From Azolla caroliniana (taxonomy: Eukaryota; Plantae; Polypodiophyta), in assembly GCA_043228905.1 (NCBI GenBank), contig JBHGNT010000014.1, forward strand, positions 5,890,001 to 5,954,000: a stretch of DNA of 64,000 bases, given 5' to 3'. This document shows positions 1 to 12,095 of this stretch, piece after piece. The position numbers and the translations under genes were made by a program. Each line of letters opens with the position of its first letter. Position 1 is the first letter of the stretch. The notes under the pieces are model-generated. The model was not told where the DNA came from and searched no databases. It saw only the letters and a program-made list of their open reading frames with translations.

Positions 1-2067
1 ATTTGCTTTCATTTGTATGAAGTATTTTGAGAAATCCTCTTTTTTTAGACCTAAAAATAAAGTCTTGCTCACTCTCATCATGAATTTCCTGTATGTGTGA
101 CCAATCAGTGCGGTCCTTCACGTGTACAAAACCAATGGGTTCTTGCCACATAGTACTAAAAGCAAGTGACCCCTTCAAATAAAAATATAGTCTCCTTTAT
201 TAGATAATGATATAACAAATATGCTCATGATAGAATCAAATAATAAAAGTAATGGCACAAGTTGGGTAGAAATTTGTCATATTGCTCGCCAAACACCTCT
301 TTTCAATCAATTCGACTCATCGTCGTGTCATCATTTTATAGGTCGCCCTTTTAGGCACCCCCTCCCATCCACTTAGAAAAAAGGTAGTACTAATGATTTG
401 CACCTCCAAGTCTCCGTCACCGAAGAAAAGGGAACTTAAGTTCCCAACAAAATTTATAAATGAAATACAATCCATTAAACTTTTTCTCCAATAAAAAGAT
501 GTTGCATAAAATAAAAAATGAAAGGGAAACTCAAATACAATTTGTCGAACGGGTCAAGCTCGTAACTTGATTCGTATAGAGTGTTATCCAAACTTACAAA
601 TTGAATCAATGAAAACGAGTACATACTTTCTAAGGAGGGGGGAAATGTGGGGGAAGCTAGCACAAAAAGTTAAAATTTACATTAGCATGAGATAAATTTG
701 ATATGCTTCCCTGAGGCTTCTATATTTTGTGGTCCTTACCAAGTTACACTCTAGGTAATTTAGATGTATGTATGTATGTATGTATGTACGCATATTATTA
801 CATGATGAATGTCAAACTAAAAGGCATCAACATACAAAGTGCTAACTGAAATTTGTCTTGACATAAGTAGTATTCCTAAAGAATCACCTTTAAAATATTT
901 GTTTATATCCAAAAACATAGGTTGACTGTCCACAATAGTATGCATCTTCACCGGGTGAGGAAAAGCATTTTTCAACCACTCTTGGGACATCCCCTAAGGG
1001 AAATTTTAAGTAAAAGAAAATGGTTTGTTTGTTTGGCTCAAAACATATGTATGTCTTAACACATTTGTATATAGCTAAACTTATCTTTTCATCTTCAAAA
1101 TGAAAAGAAAAGTTAATGACTTTCTACTCTACTGTGCTACAAAATCTTAACATGACATATCAAATAATCGATTATAATTCTCATATTCTTTGTAACATCC
1201 ACTTTCCAACCCACAAACGTACAGTTCTTTCCCATCGTTTGCATCCTCAATACAAAGTGCATTGTCACCCAATATCATTCCAACCAATGATATTTATGTA
1301 ATATATACCAAAATAGTAAGTAGTCCTTATTTCACCACTAATATGATATACACATAGCACGTATCATAATGTCCCTCTCAACCAATGACAACATGATCTT
1401 ATTTATATGTCATATATCTTTGTTTTGAAACTACTTATGGCTTGTTATATGTCACATGTCTTCCTTTAGTCATTGTTCTCAATCCACCATCATTCCTTTC
1501 ATACCTAAGATGTCACATAATGTTTTCCCAACAATTAATACCAGCATTTATATTAGCATGAGATCTAGTAAGTTTTTTGTGTCATATAGGTCTCTACAAT
1601 ACATATATTTTCACACATTTGGAACATAGTCATTACTTACAAGATCACAAAGACATCAACTCCAAAGTCATCATATGTTTTTTGTCCATATTTATTCTTT
1701 TGTGCGCACATATTGTTGACAACCTATGTAGCATCATCATGAATTAAATGTAATATTGATGCAAAATATCATGAGACACTTGGTTTAGATAATCTTACAT
1801 GGGCAATGACTTCTTCAATATATAAAACCTCAAAGCATTGTTCACATGATTAACAACACATTGTCAAGTAGGCTCTTCAACTAATCAATTGAGGATCGTC
1901 TAATACATACATGATTGAGAACATTATTATTACATAAGAGTAGATAATATAGTTTCTTGAAACAAAGGACTTTTGGAAACATTCTTGTTTTGTAGAGGCA
2001 TGTAAGGGACATGGGATTTATCAATCATTTTGATAGAAGGATCCCTCTAGGCTTCACGTTTTTAGAG

Positions 2068-5000
2068 TTTTTTTTTTCCAAAAAAACACTACTTCGCATT
2101 AGTTAGCAAACAATTACATCCTAGACCACCAAAAATTCAGCAACCCTCACTCTGGCCTTCTCACCAAAGTGGACATAGTCCCCACCTCATTTACAACAAA
2201 AGTATCCACAACTCCTATAACCTAGTAATTTGTACTATATCTATACATAGTTACAGCACCTGGGCACTGATGGAAGCCATTGGGGGAAACAACCATCAGG
2301 GTACTTGGTAGTTCCATTCAAGCCCGATGATGATCTGCCCACCATAGGAGAACTACTCCATTTCAGTAGGAACTTTGACCGAGCTCTTTCAGCTGCATCA
2401 AATTCCCCCTTAATCGAGTCGTATCGTCCCCGCAGCCAAGATACCAGCTCAGACCAGATATTTAACAACACCTCACCGCTAGGGATCTTTTGTTGTTGAA
2501 AAACAAACTTATAACGCCTGGTCCAAATGTGCCAGACCGATAAACAAGCCACCATCATCCATATCTCTTCAAAAAATTCTGAGTTAGTGCCAGGTCAAAC
2601 TCCAGCACGTTGAAACACCTTGCCGCCCTACACTATAAATCCATGACCATGGGGGTTTAACTGTTCAACCCAGCCTTCCCTTGTTAACTTCAGCCCTTGT
2701 ACGGACCCCCATACCACTCTCCCATTCACGTCGCATGCTGCCACTATCCTAAGACTTCTACCCCAAATGTTAATAGCCTCTCCACAATTCCAAAAGCAGT
2801 GAGGAATTGATTCCAAAGGGTGTCCACATATCTTGCAACCAGCCTCACCACCACAACACCTGAGCCACTCCACCATCGGTACCACTTTATGACTAAGAAG
2901 CCACCATCAAAGCTTTATTTTTTCTGGCATATCGAACACCCATAGTCTCCTCCAAAACAACTTCAACAAGTCGTTAGAAATGCCTTTATCCTTCCAACTA
3001 TTGCGAGTTAGAGGAGCACCCATAGACTTGGAGCCAATGATTTGCCTTCCTAACTTAGTAGTGTACTCGAAAAACCGTTTCACTTTGTCTATTTCGGTTT
3101 CTGCCACCACACCTCTAGTGGGTCCCAATCCAACTCACATACGGGCTTGTTGTCAACTATCCAAAGCTTACAATCAGATTCTAGCTTCCCTGGGTCCGGG
3201 TTTACTTGCCACTTCTTACCTTCCAACACTGCCAACCATTTGCCATTGTCTGCCAAAGCACTTAGGTTGGCCCACAAACGATACTCATTAGATGGGCACC
3301 TACCCCGGATAATTTGTGCATCACCCTCACCTACAACCTAGCTAGACCATCAATAACCTTATCTATCAAACGGGTCACCTTTTCCAACCTGCTAGTAAAC
3401 CTAATACTACCAACCAGACCCTCCATTCTTTTCCTTTTGAAAACCTCCCAGACTCTTACTGAACTAACATTGTACCCTACCATTTGTCCCCATGGCAAGT
3501 ATTTTTTCTGGCCAAGCATCATACTGTCATCACTTCTAATCTTAGGGTTCCAAAACAATGGTTGACGGAGTTGTTCCTCCATCGTTTTTGGTTGTATTAA
3601 GAGTAGCCCCTCTCTTAAATTTGACCAGGCCCTCTTTATGGTGCGGGCCACCCTATCCTCTATGCTAGTCGGTTCTTTTAACTTTAGGCTTGGACTTCTT
3701 TGCCTTCCAAGTGCCACCATTCCTCGGACACTAGAGTTCAACTCTGTCCCTAAGAAGCAACTTCCACAATTCTGGTCCAGGTTGGAGACTTCGTACCACG
3801 AGCTTACCGAGTAAAGCCTTACTTTGGTGAATCGGATCCACCATCCCAAGTTCACCTTGATTTTTTGCCTTGATCAAACAACTCCAGGCCACTTTAGCTG
3901 ACGCCGACTCATGGTCTCTACCCGACCAAAGGAACCCTCTCACCATTGCCTTAATATTTTTGATGCAATCTTTATCTAACATCTAGCATGCCAACGAGTA
4001 CCACATGGTGGCCAACAAAATATGGTTTACCACAAACACTCTACTTGCACGGGAAAGTTTTACTAATGCCCATAACCGAAACTTTTCTCTGATTTTGCCT
4101 TTCACTTGCTCAAGCTGCTAATTTTTCTAAATCTCAACTCCCACCAAAAATCCCAAATATTTAACAGTCCTTCCATTAGGAACCCATTGAAAATTAGCAT
4201 TTGGGCGCCAAAGTGGCCATGAGTTTGGACTTACCCAAAACCCTCGACTTTTGTTCCAATTAATTTTCCCACATGATGCTTTACAAAATAGCTCAATCCA
4301 TTTTTCAGTTTGCTATAAATTAGCATCATTCCCTTGCAACTCCCACCAAAAATCCCAAATATTTAACAGTCCTTCCATTAGGAACCCATTGAAAATTAGC
4401 ATTTGGGCGCCAAAGTGGCCATGAGTTTGGACTTACCCAAAACCCTCGACTTTTGTTCCAATTAATTTTCCCACATGATGCTTTACAAAATAGCTCAATC
4501 CATTTTTCAGTTTGCTATAAATTAGCATCATTCCCTTGCAGATAGAGCATAGTGTCATTTGCATACATGGAGTCCAACAAGTCCTTGCAAGCATGTGGGA
4601 CAACCAATCCCGAATTCCTGCATCCAATCTATTTAAAAAGAAAGAGAATGCCTCTAAAATAAATAAATAAAGATAGGGGGCCAACGAGCACCCCTGCCTG
4701 ACAAACCTACATAATGGAATTGATGGGCCCTATTGCCCTAACACCAACACCCTACTCAAGCTTCCTTTGTAAAGGGCCAACGCAACTGATATCCATTTTG
4801 AGGGTAGTCCCAACTGCTCCATGACTTTATCTAAAAAAGGCCACTGTCCTCTGTCATATGCCTTCTCGAAGTCAAGCATGAGACATGCAATATGTTGATT
4901 GGTTTTCTTTGCTAAGGCAATCGCCTCCCAAAAGGTCAACACATTATCAATTATACATCTATTTTCCATGAATCCAGTTTGTCCAACATTAATTAGTGCA

Positions 5001-5385
5001 TGCAAGTGGGGTTTGACCCTCTTGGCCAGAATATTAGCAAAAATCTTATAGATTGTGTTGAGCAACATAATCGGTCTCCATTGCCTCACATCCGTTACTA
5101 TACCATGTACCTTAGGAATTAGAAATATCAGCCCCTCTTTAAAATGCTCAGGGAGGCACCGAACATCCCATGCCTCATTTAGACCAGCAACTAGGTGAAC
5201 CTTAATCACTTCCCAAAATGTTTCAAAAAAAACTTTTGATAATCCGTCGATGCCTGGACAAGACGTGCTACATGTACTTGTCAAAGCGTATGACACCTCC
5301 TCTTCCAAGAGAGGCCCTGACAACTTAACTTGTGCAACCTCTGAAATTCTTGGTTGCATTCCTTCCAATACAAATTCTACCAATG
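2068..5385 (-). mobile_element. Degenerate, 5'-truncated L1/Tx1-clade LINE (RT plus C-terminal zinc-binding region), frameshifted
   Basis: ORF 4730-5461 contains non-LTR RT motifs (CPGIDG, LIPK, WRPIMLLNTIYKI, QTGF, LDFEKAYD). Further pieces follow at 4433-4684, 3731-3982 (FLWSG...KVAW) and 2628-2885 (CKICGHPLESIPHCFWNC, zf-RVT-like). T-run at 2068-2077 is an A-tail on the minus strand. Confidence 0.9.
4135..4538. repeat. 202-bp near-perfect tandem duplication inside the LINE RT
   Basis: CAACTCCCACCAAAAATCCC... starts at 4135 and again at 4337. CA microhomology at the junction. Confidence 0.9.
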
Positions 5386-5505
5386 ACGGCTGGCCTTTTA
5401 GAGTTAATCGAAGCCATGGAGCTCTATATGAGGCTTGACCCTTGTACATATGATACCTCATGTATTTCTTCCAAACTAATGGGTAGCATATTTTTTGGAA
5501 AAAAA
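5385..5505 (+). mobile_element. Short LINE/SINE 3' end in opposite orientation, abutting the 5' truncation point of the minus-strand LINE
   Basis: TGTATTTCTTCCAAACTAATGGGTAGCATATTTTTTGGAAAAAAA (5461-5505) matches the 3'-terminal motif of the two minus-strand LINEs. Confidence 0.5.
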
Positions 5506-5862
5506 CACATTGAACTATAAGTGAGTTTTAATGTGATTTCATTATGAAAATGTTAAAAAACTATGTTCTTATGAGATCATTTATTATTAAGAATATTCTT
5601 AGTTATAATGAGTAGGTTTGTTTTTACTATAGAATGACAAAGGTAAGATTTTTGTTTGTTTGATGGACATGTTCACAAAATATAACAAGTAGTTTTCTTT
5701 TTATGTCAAGATGAGTTTATTATTTTGGACAAGTAATGTACAACATAGCCTATGTCTAGCTATGGAGCAATATGGACTTTGTGTTTATCCACTAATAACA
5801 AGACATTCCATGCCAAAGCACAATGTGAAAGTATTTCTTTTCTGATAGTCACATTAAGCTTT

Positions 5863-7036
5863 CTTTCTTTTTTCCAAAAAGAAGCTACTTTCCCATTAGT
5901 TAGGAGAGATTATTACAGAAAAACAATACAAGGTAGCTTATACATAAATCGGAGAATCGCCCTCCGACCAAGTTCAAGAATATGAAACTACGTGCATATC
6001 CTTTCAAACTGACTACTTAATGTAAGTAGGTACCTGTAGCTATAAACTAGTTCCCTTCATCACCGGCTAGTATGAGCCGGATCCCGTGGCCTACAACAAA
6101 GGGAGGGTGGGAGGTGAGTAGGAAACAACCAGTGTGGGGGCTGGTGGTTCCACCTCGGGTCATTTCCTTCTTCCGTCACCATCGGCGTGTTCTGCCATTT
6201 TTGCCAAAAGCGCAAATGGGCAATGATCATGTTGTTGAGTGGCGCAAACCTCGCCCAATTGCCCTTGTAGGCAGCTGATAATCGCGAACCATATATCCAT
6301 GATCAATTCCTTCAAGGGGCGTATTAGATCTGGGAAGACCTTTAGGTAGCGTTCTTTCCATACATAGTGTTGAGAATCAAGCTCATCTTGGTCTAGTGTG
6401 TGAACTCACCTTAAGAGTGAATAGACACTCCAACGGTCAAGAGTCACCATTATGTCACCACTTTGTATTCTAGCATTTAGTATGAGTCATAGAATCATAT
6501 TCTATGACACATAACTTATGAGCTTTCACATTCCCCATGCTCCATGAGTCTTGTAGTTAATGAAGAGAGAGGGTGACTATATAAAGCACCCTCCTCCCAC
6601 CTTGTATTGTGTTGAGTCTTTCTCATTTGTTAATATACTTTTTACCTTTCGTATTCTCTGTGTCTTACTCTCACTCTCTCTCACTCTCTCATACACACAC
6701 ATAACTCACATCTCTTCCGCTTAACAAGAATCATATCCAATTCTTTACACATAGCATAGGGTGAAGCCTACGATCAACATCCAAATCTCCCATAACCAAC
6801 GGGATGGGGTCTTCAAGCCTCCTCAAATCAGGTCTTGACGAGTTTACCTCTTCTGCATTCATAGCACTAACTGTCTGCATTGAAGGCGTCCGTCCCACTA
6901 TCAACCGAGAGATCGATCGAAGCCACTGCGCTCCATGATGTTGTTCTTTCCACGTCGCATGCAGCTAGGAGGAGAGTCACTCGGTCCCATACCCTCTGAA
7001 CTTGAGGACAATCCCACAAACAATGTCTCATCTCAT
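5863..7036 (-). mobile_element. Second 5'-truncated L1-type LINE 3' fragment, interrupted by a solo LTR
   Basis: EMRHCLWDCPQVQRVW (zf-RVT-like) at ~6985-7035. A-rich tail and the shared 3' motif at 5863-5917. Confidence 0.7.
6368..6749 (+). mobile_element. Solo LTR (copia-type) with 5-bp TSD CATAG
   Basis: TGTTGAGAATC...TTTACA flanked by CATAG at 6363-6367 and 6750-6754. TATA-like CTATATAAA at ~6577. Same terminus (TGTTGAGAATCAA) as the copia LTR ending at 42889. Confidence 0.85.
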
Positions 7037-10000
7037 AGATATATACATATATAAACACACAATGTATAATGTGTGTGTGAGTGTGTATGAACATGTATAG
7101 TCCCAAACATATTTGTAGATACTAAGCAACATGTTTTGCCAACATTCAATAAAATCAAAGAAGTCCATAATAGGTAGAGATATTTATCATGTTTGCACAA
7201 ATCCTTTCCGATTTTATCCTATCCAAGAGCTTGCAATAGTATAGTGTCAAGCTAAGTTATTAACTTCTCACAAACCAACAATGAAACAATTTCATTGCCA
7301 TAGTCATTAAAACTCCCAAATTCTCTCAAAACGTGGTTTTACAAATTCACTTTTCAAGGGTTGAAAACATTATAAGTTCCTTAATTAGCCAAAGGTAACA
7401 AATACTGAATTTTATTCCTCTCTCATCAATGACATGGTCTTATAAGTCAAGCATTGATCTTGTGCAAGGCTCAACGAAATATCAAAAAGCTCTTGAGGGT
7501 AACTATGAGTCACATTACGTTTATATCAACAATATAACTTTCATCATTATTTCATTCGATTACTAGGAATTTTATCATAGCATATTACAAACTGTCATGA
7601 TAAAATTAGACACCTATACTTTTTAGAACTAGCTTTAAAAATTTTATTTTTCTAGGAGATGGTCACACCTAGAATCAATCTCCTGTTGGGAGGATGATCA
7701 CTCGTTCATCCTAGAAGAGATATAAGCATTTTTCCGAATGAGACATGTTTGGGGTCCATGCTACCACATCCTAAGTATCTAGAGTGAAAAGGGCCTTCCT
7801 TTTGTCCATAGGTATTGCAATTCTAATAATGATGAAAAGATGTGTTCGCTATCCAACCGCAAGAACTACATTCGTTCTGGAAGGAACTTATCCAAATGAT
7901 TTGTGATGTTGTGTGATTATTCTAAGACTTCAAGACATCCAAGAAATTTCACCCAAACATGCAAGAAATAAAGATCTTCATTTCAAGTTGAAGACAAGCA
8001 ACCACACATGAAATGGCAGTGTTAATGCCAACAATATTTTTAATAGTTATGTCACATGTGGCATTTCAACTTGGTTGAAAATAAGACCTAGTAGAACTTG
8101 TTACCAATACATGAGTGATTGTGGATGGGTTTTGGACTCTCTAGAATTTCATAACTTGTTCCTTTGACCTAATTAGAGGAGGGTTTATCCAATGATATAT
8201 CCCCTATGATTTAATCAAATTTAATCATGAAGGTGGAGAGGGAACTTTGCTGCATTTAAGAGAACAATTGTTTGATTATTTTGAGTCGAGAAGCTTGGAA
8301 GTTTATGTCATTTAGGTCCTTACCAACTTGTTTGACCTACTATTTCTCAAGAAATGACTTTGCAATCAACTTGTGTCCCTTTTTTTGTTTGTAAGGGAAT
8401 CAAAATAGGAGACTATGTGTCAAAGAACTGAAGGATTATCCCTTCCAAGGCCGATCAATTGGAACCATCTTTTTTTTTCCCATTAGTTAGGAGAAATTGT
8501 AACGATCTTTATATTGATGTGTCTTGGTTAGTGTAATCATAAATTGTAATCATATCTAATAAAACCTTCCTTGTCAACTTTATCATGTTCACACCAAGGG
8601 ACTATGATATTACGTTTGGAGAATTCTTAATGTAACACACAAATTCATCCGGTCAAGGCCAATAATAATTACTTCGAAATCGTTTTGCTTGGATAATCAA
8701 AATCATAACCTTATATAACTAGCACAATATGTGGATTGAGAAGAAGGTTTATTGTCCTTTCTTTTTTCCAAAAAAAAAAACTATGGAATTTATGCTTGGT
8801 TTTTGAATTTGTAATCATAACCATAGTTTTGAGAAGGACAATCCTTTTTTATATCTTGTCACCTCCATAATGTGCACATCAACCAACTACAAGTTTTCAT
8901 CCATGACATTGTGTCCTTTCTCAAAAATCATCTTGATCCATCAAGTTTTTTCTAATTCAAGGTTATAGTAATTTATCGTATCATAATGTCATCGTGGTGG
9001 CCACTAATTCCTTATCTTTAATTAAAGTATTTATTATCATGCAAAATCATTTCTTCATATCATTTTCAAAATGGAGTCGCATTCTCAGACACTCTCTCAC
9101 AATTAGACTTGTCAATTAATCATAAAGACCGAAATTTCGATGAGTTTGTAATCTTATTGATTACTAGATAATTGAAATCATATTGTTGTCAAGTTGAAAT
9201 TGTGATTGAGTCAAAATGATTAGATTTGTAACACTTTCATAAAAAATTAATGTTTCTTCAACTAAGGTTGGTTGAAAAAGGTAGATGTTAGTAAAAAGAC
9301 ATCCAAGAATGAAAAATGGGCTTTATTGTCCAATAAAACTGCCAACGAGAATTGTATAATATAGAATCCACTAAGGTTTATTCTTAGTGACAAAGATTCA
9401 AATAAATCAAGGAGCACAAAGGCCACAAACTAATGTCGACAAAAAACTGGGATTAGTGTTTGAATTAGTTAAAACACCTATGCGTCAAAAGTTTTTGTCT
9501 ACTACTCTAAGGTTATAATAGTTTTATTATATGATATTGGCATCATAGTGAGCCCTTCACTATATGTCACATTGCATCATTTTACACGAAATTCCATTAA
9601 AAGACTCTTTTATTCTATATTCATGTGTGTTGATGCACACACGGACACTCTAGTTCTTTGAATTTCCAGAATTGATCGTTTTTTATGAGATTCAATATGG
9701 CTTTTCTAAACCCTCAGATTTATAAATCGGATCGTATAAGGTGGATGTTATGCAAAGAAGTTAGAACGATTGACCTCATGTAAAATGCGCACATACATTT
9801 TTAAATATGATGACAAACAAATACTTTGATTCGAATAGTCAATGAACTTTGTAGGTTATCATCCTTAACTATGGGCCCATCCATAACCAACAATGCCGTG
9901 ACAAATGTATCATTATGACATCAAATGGTGATCCTATTATCCATTCATTGCCTTTTTTATGGAAAATCATATCTTAGAATATTGCCTATTGCCGAAAGCA

Positions 10001-10464
10001 AAAGATAATGGACTTCTTTGTTTATGAGGTAAATGGTTTTTAACTTTTAGGTTTTTCAAGAAACAATTACTTGAGTTTATATGTTTACACATTATATGGG
10101 AAAAGGATTTCTAATTTTGTTGGATTTATTTGGGGTAAGTCTTTGTAATATCTACTGCATGAGATCAAATAATCATTTGCATTAAGAATTAAATTACCAA
10201 CAACCAATGGTTTTTTGTAACAAGAGTTTTTGTTTCAATAATCTTGATATAAGTTGTGTCTTAACATCAACACAATCATCATCCATATTTTCAAAGCCCC
10301 AAGAGATTGAAGCATCTACGTCTAATTGTTGGCATTATCACCCAAATCCCTCCCTTCCGTAATACTTATAAGAAGCAAAAAGAACTATAGAATTTGGAAA
10401 TAACGCAATAATTTGTTATGTTCATGGACACTATGGAGCCCATGAAATGAAATCTCTCTCTCTC

Positions 10465-10669
10465 ATAATTAGCTTACCCAAGTGGTAAGTTGATTACACT
10501 ACTAGCACTACATCTTGGGATCGAAACCCAATTTTCCCACCTCTCTATTGCTCCATAGATGTCTTTTATTTCACTAGATGCCAGTGGCCACTATGGAATG
10601 TAGGGGTTGGACCCATGACCACCTAGTCTCCATTGGGCAACCTTACCAACTAAGCTAGACCCATATGGG
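10465..10669. other. ~205-bp element with two convergent tRNA-like (A/B box) heads, flanked by (TC)n
   Basis: Plus strand: AGTGGTAAG...GGGATCGAAACCC (10481-10529). Minus strand: TAGCTTAGTTGGTAAG...GGGTCCAACCC (10604-10657). (TC)n at 10453-10464 and 10670-10695. Confidence 0.45.
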
Positions 10670-11039
10670 CTCTCTCTCTCTCTCTCTCTCTCTCTATTTG
10701 GGGAACCTTGAGTTGCCCCAATAACACTAAGCTTTGATTTAGATATTAACTATGTCCATTCAAACTAAATTTAAGTGAAACAACAAATTAGTTGACATAG
10801 CTCAACTAATTAAATATCTCATCAAGGTCCTTGCTCATAGACTCTTGATATATAAAATTTAATCAAAATGTTAAAGAGCAATATGAAGAGCTTTTTGTAT
10901 CACTCTCAAATTAAGTGTTTCTTAAAATGTCCCAAATGGCAAAGTTATGTGTCAAGACAATGGTTAATAACCATAGTAGCCAAAAACATGAAGATCTCGA
11001 GACTCACGGTGTTGCAAGAAAATAAGATAATTTGTAGCA

Positions 11040-11233
11040 TAGCCTTAACGTTGAAGGATAGAAAATAGGTCTTTGTGTTGCATCAACTTAAGGTTCCTTA
11101 GCCTTGAGGTTGAATAACAACCTATCAAAAGGAAAAAAGGTCATTTATTGTGTTGTCTAAGCCTTAAGATTGAAGGACAACTAGAAAAAAGGTCAATGTT
11201 TTGCCTAGCCTTAAGGTTGAAGGACAACTAGAG
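11040..11233. repeat. Degenerate tandem array, 4 copies of TAGCCTTAAGGTTGAAGGACAAC at ~50-60 bp spacing
   Basis: Copies near 11040, 11099, 11159 and 11206. Confidence 0.7.
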
Positions 11234-11759
11234 GGTCATCGAAGTGTGTCCAACATATGCAAGTTATACCCTTATCTAAAGAGTGTTAATGACCAATAAA
11301 AGCAAACCTTGGGCTCCACACATACACAATCTCTCTCTTTCTCTCTCTTGGGTTTCACACACACACACACACACAATCTCCCTCCCTCTCTCTCCATGTC
11401 TTCACGTATGTTTAGAATTGGTATGCATAGTACATACATCTGGCCTCTCTCCCCCCCTCTTATCTGAAAATGAGGTTTTTTATCACATTGCCTTTCTCAA
11501 CTTATAACTGAAGTCCCTAAGCCAAACACATTTCTTCTCAACTTGTAAATCAAGGCCTCGAGCCAAAAGCACATTCCTATCATATTTATGCAATGTACAC
11601 TTTCAATTGCAATGTTCACCAATACAAATCGTGCACAACCACCTCCACATACAGTGTGAAAACGTTTTCATTTTTGGTCACACATGTCATACATATTTGG
11701 CCTTGAAGGATCACAATAAAATCTATCTATCTATCTATGTTTGGAATACAAGTGCCTCG

Positions 11760-11791
<32 letters not shown>

Positions 11792-11977
11792 TCCCCTAAT
11801 GTGCTTTTTTAAGTACATAGAGACTTGGATCATCATGGTAAATGAACGAGAGAGGGAGGAGATAACTTGGTAAGTGAAAGAATTAATAATATTCTAGCCA
11901 AGATGTACAAAATCTTTAGCTTTAGGTAGAAGAGAAATGTTCTTTTGATGGTGCACTCACAAGAGGTTACAAGGGGT

Positions 11978-12001
11978 ATGTGTGTGTGTGTGTGTGTGTG
12001 T
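11978..12001. repeat. (TG)n microsatellite downstream of the host gene; further (CA)n/(CT)n tracts at ~11330-11375 and ~11760-11791
   Basis: Read directly from the sequence. Confidence 0.9.
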
Positions 12002-12095
12002 ATGATGATTGATGTAAAAACAAGCAAAACAAAACAATAACACAAAACAAAGAGAAGAAACTTAACTCTTTCTTCTCCTTCTTCTTCCTTTCACT

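Noticed and set aside
7040-10400. Possible ancient transposase remnants in AT-rich DNA (also 1100-2000)
   Set aside because: No diagnostic motif could be read with confidence; a translated HMM search is needed.
11040-11233. Repeat-spacer-like array resembling CRISPR
   Set aside because: Only four degenerate repeats, uneven and mutually similar spacers, no cas genes, eukaryotic context.
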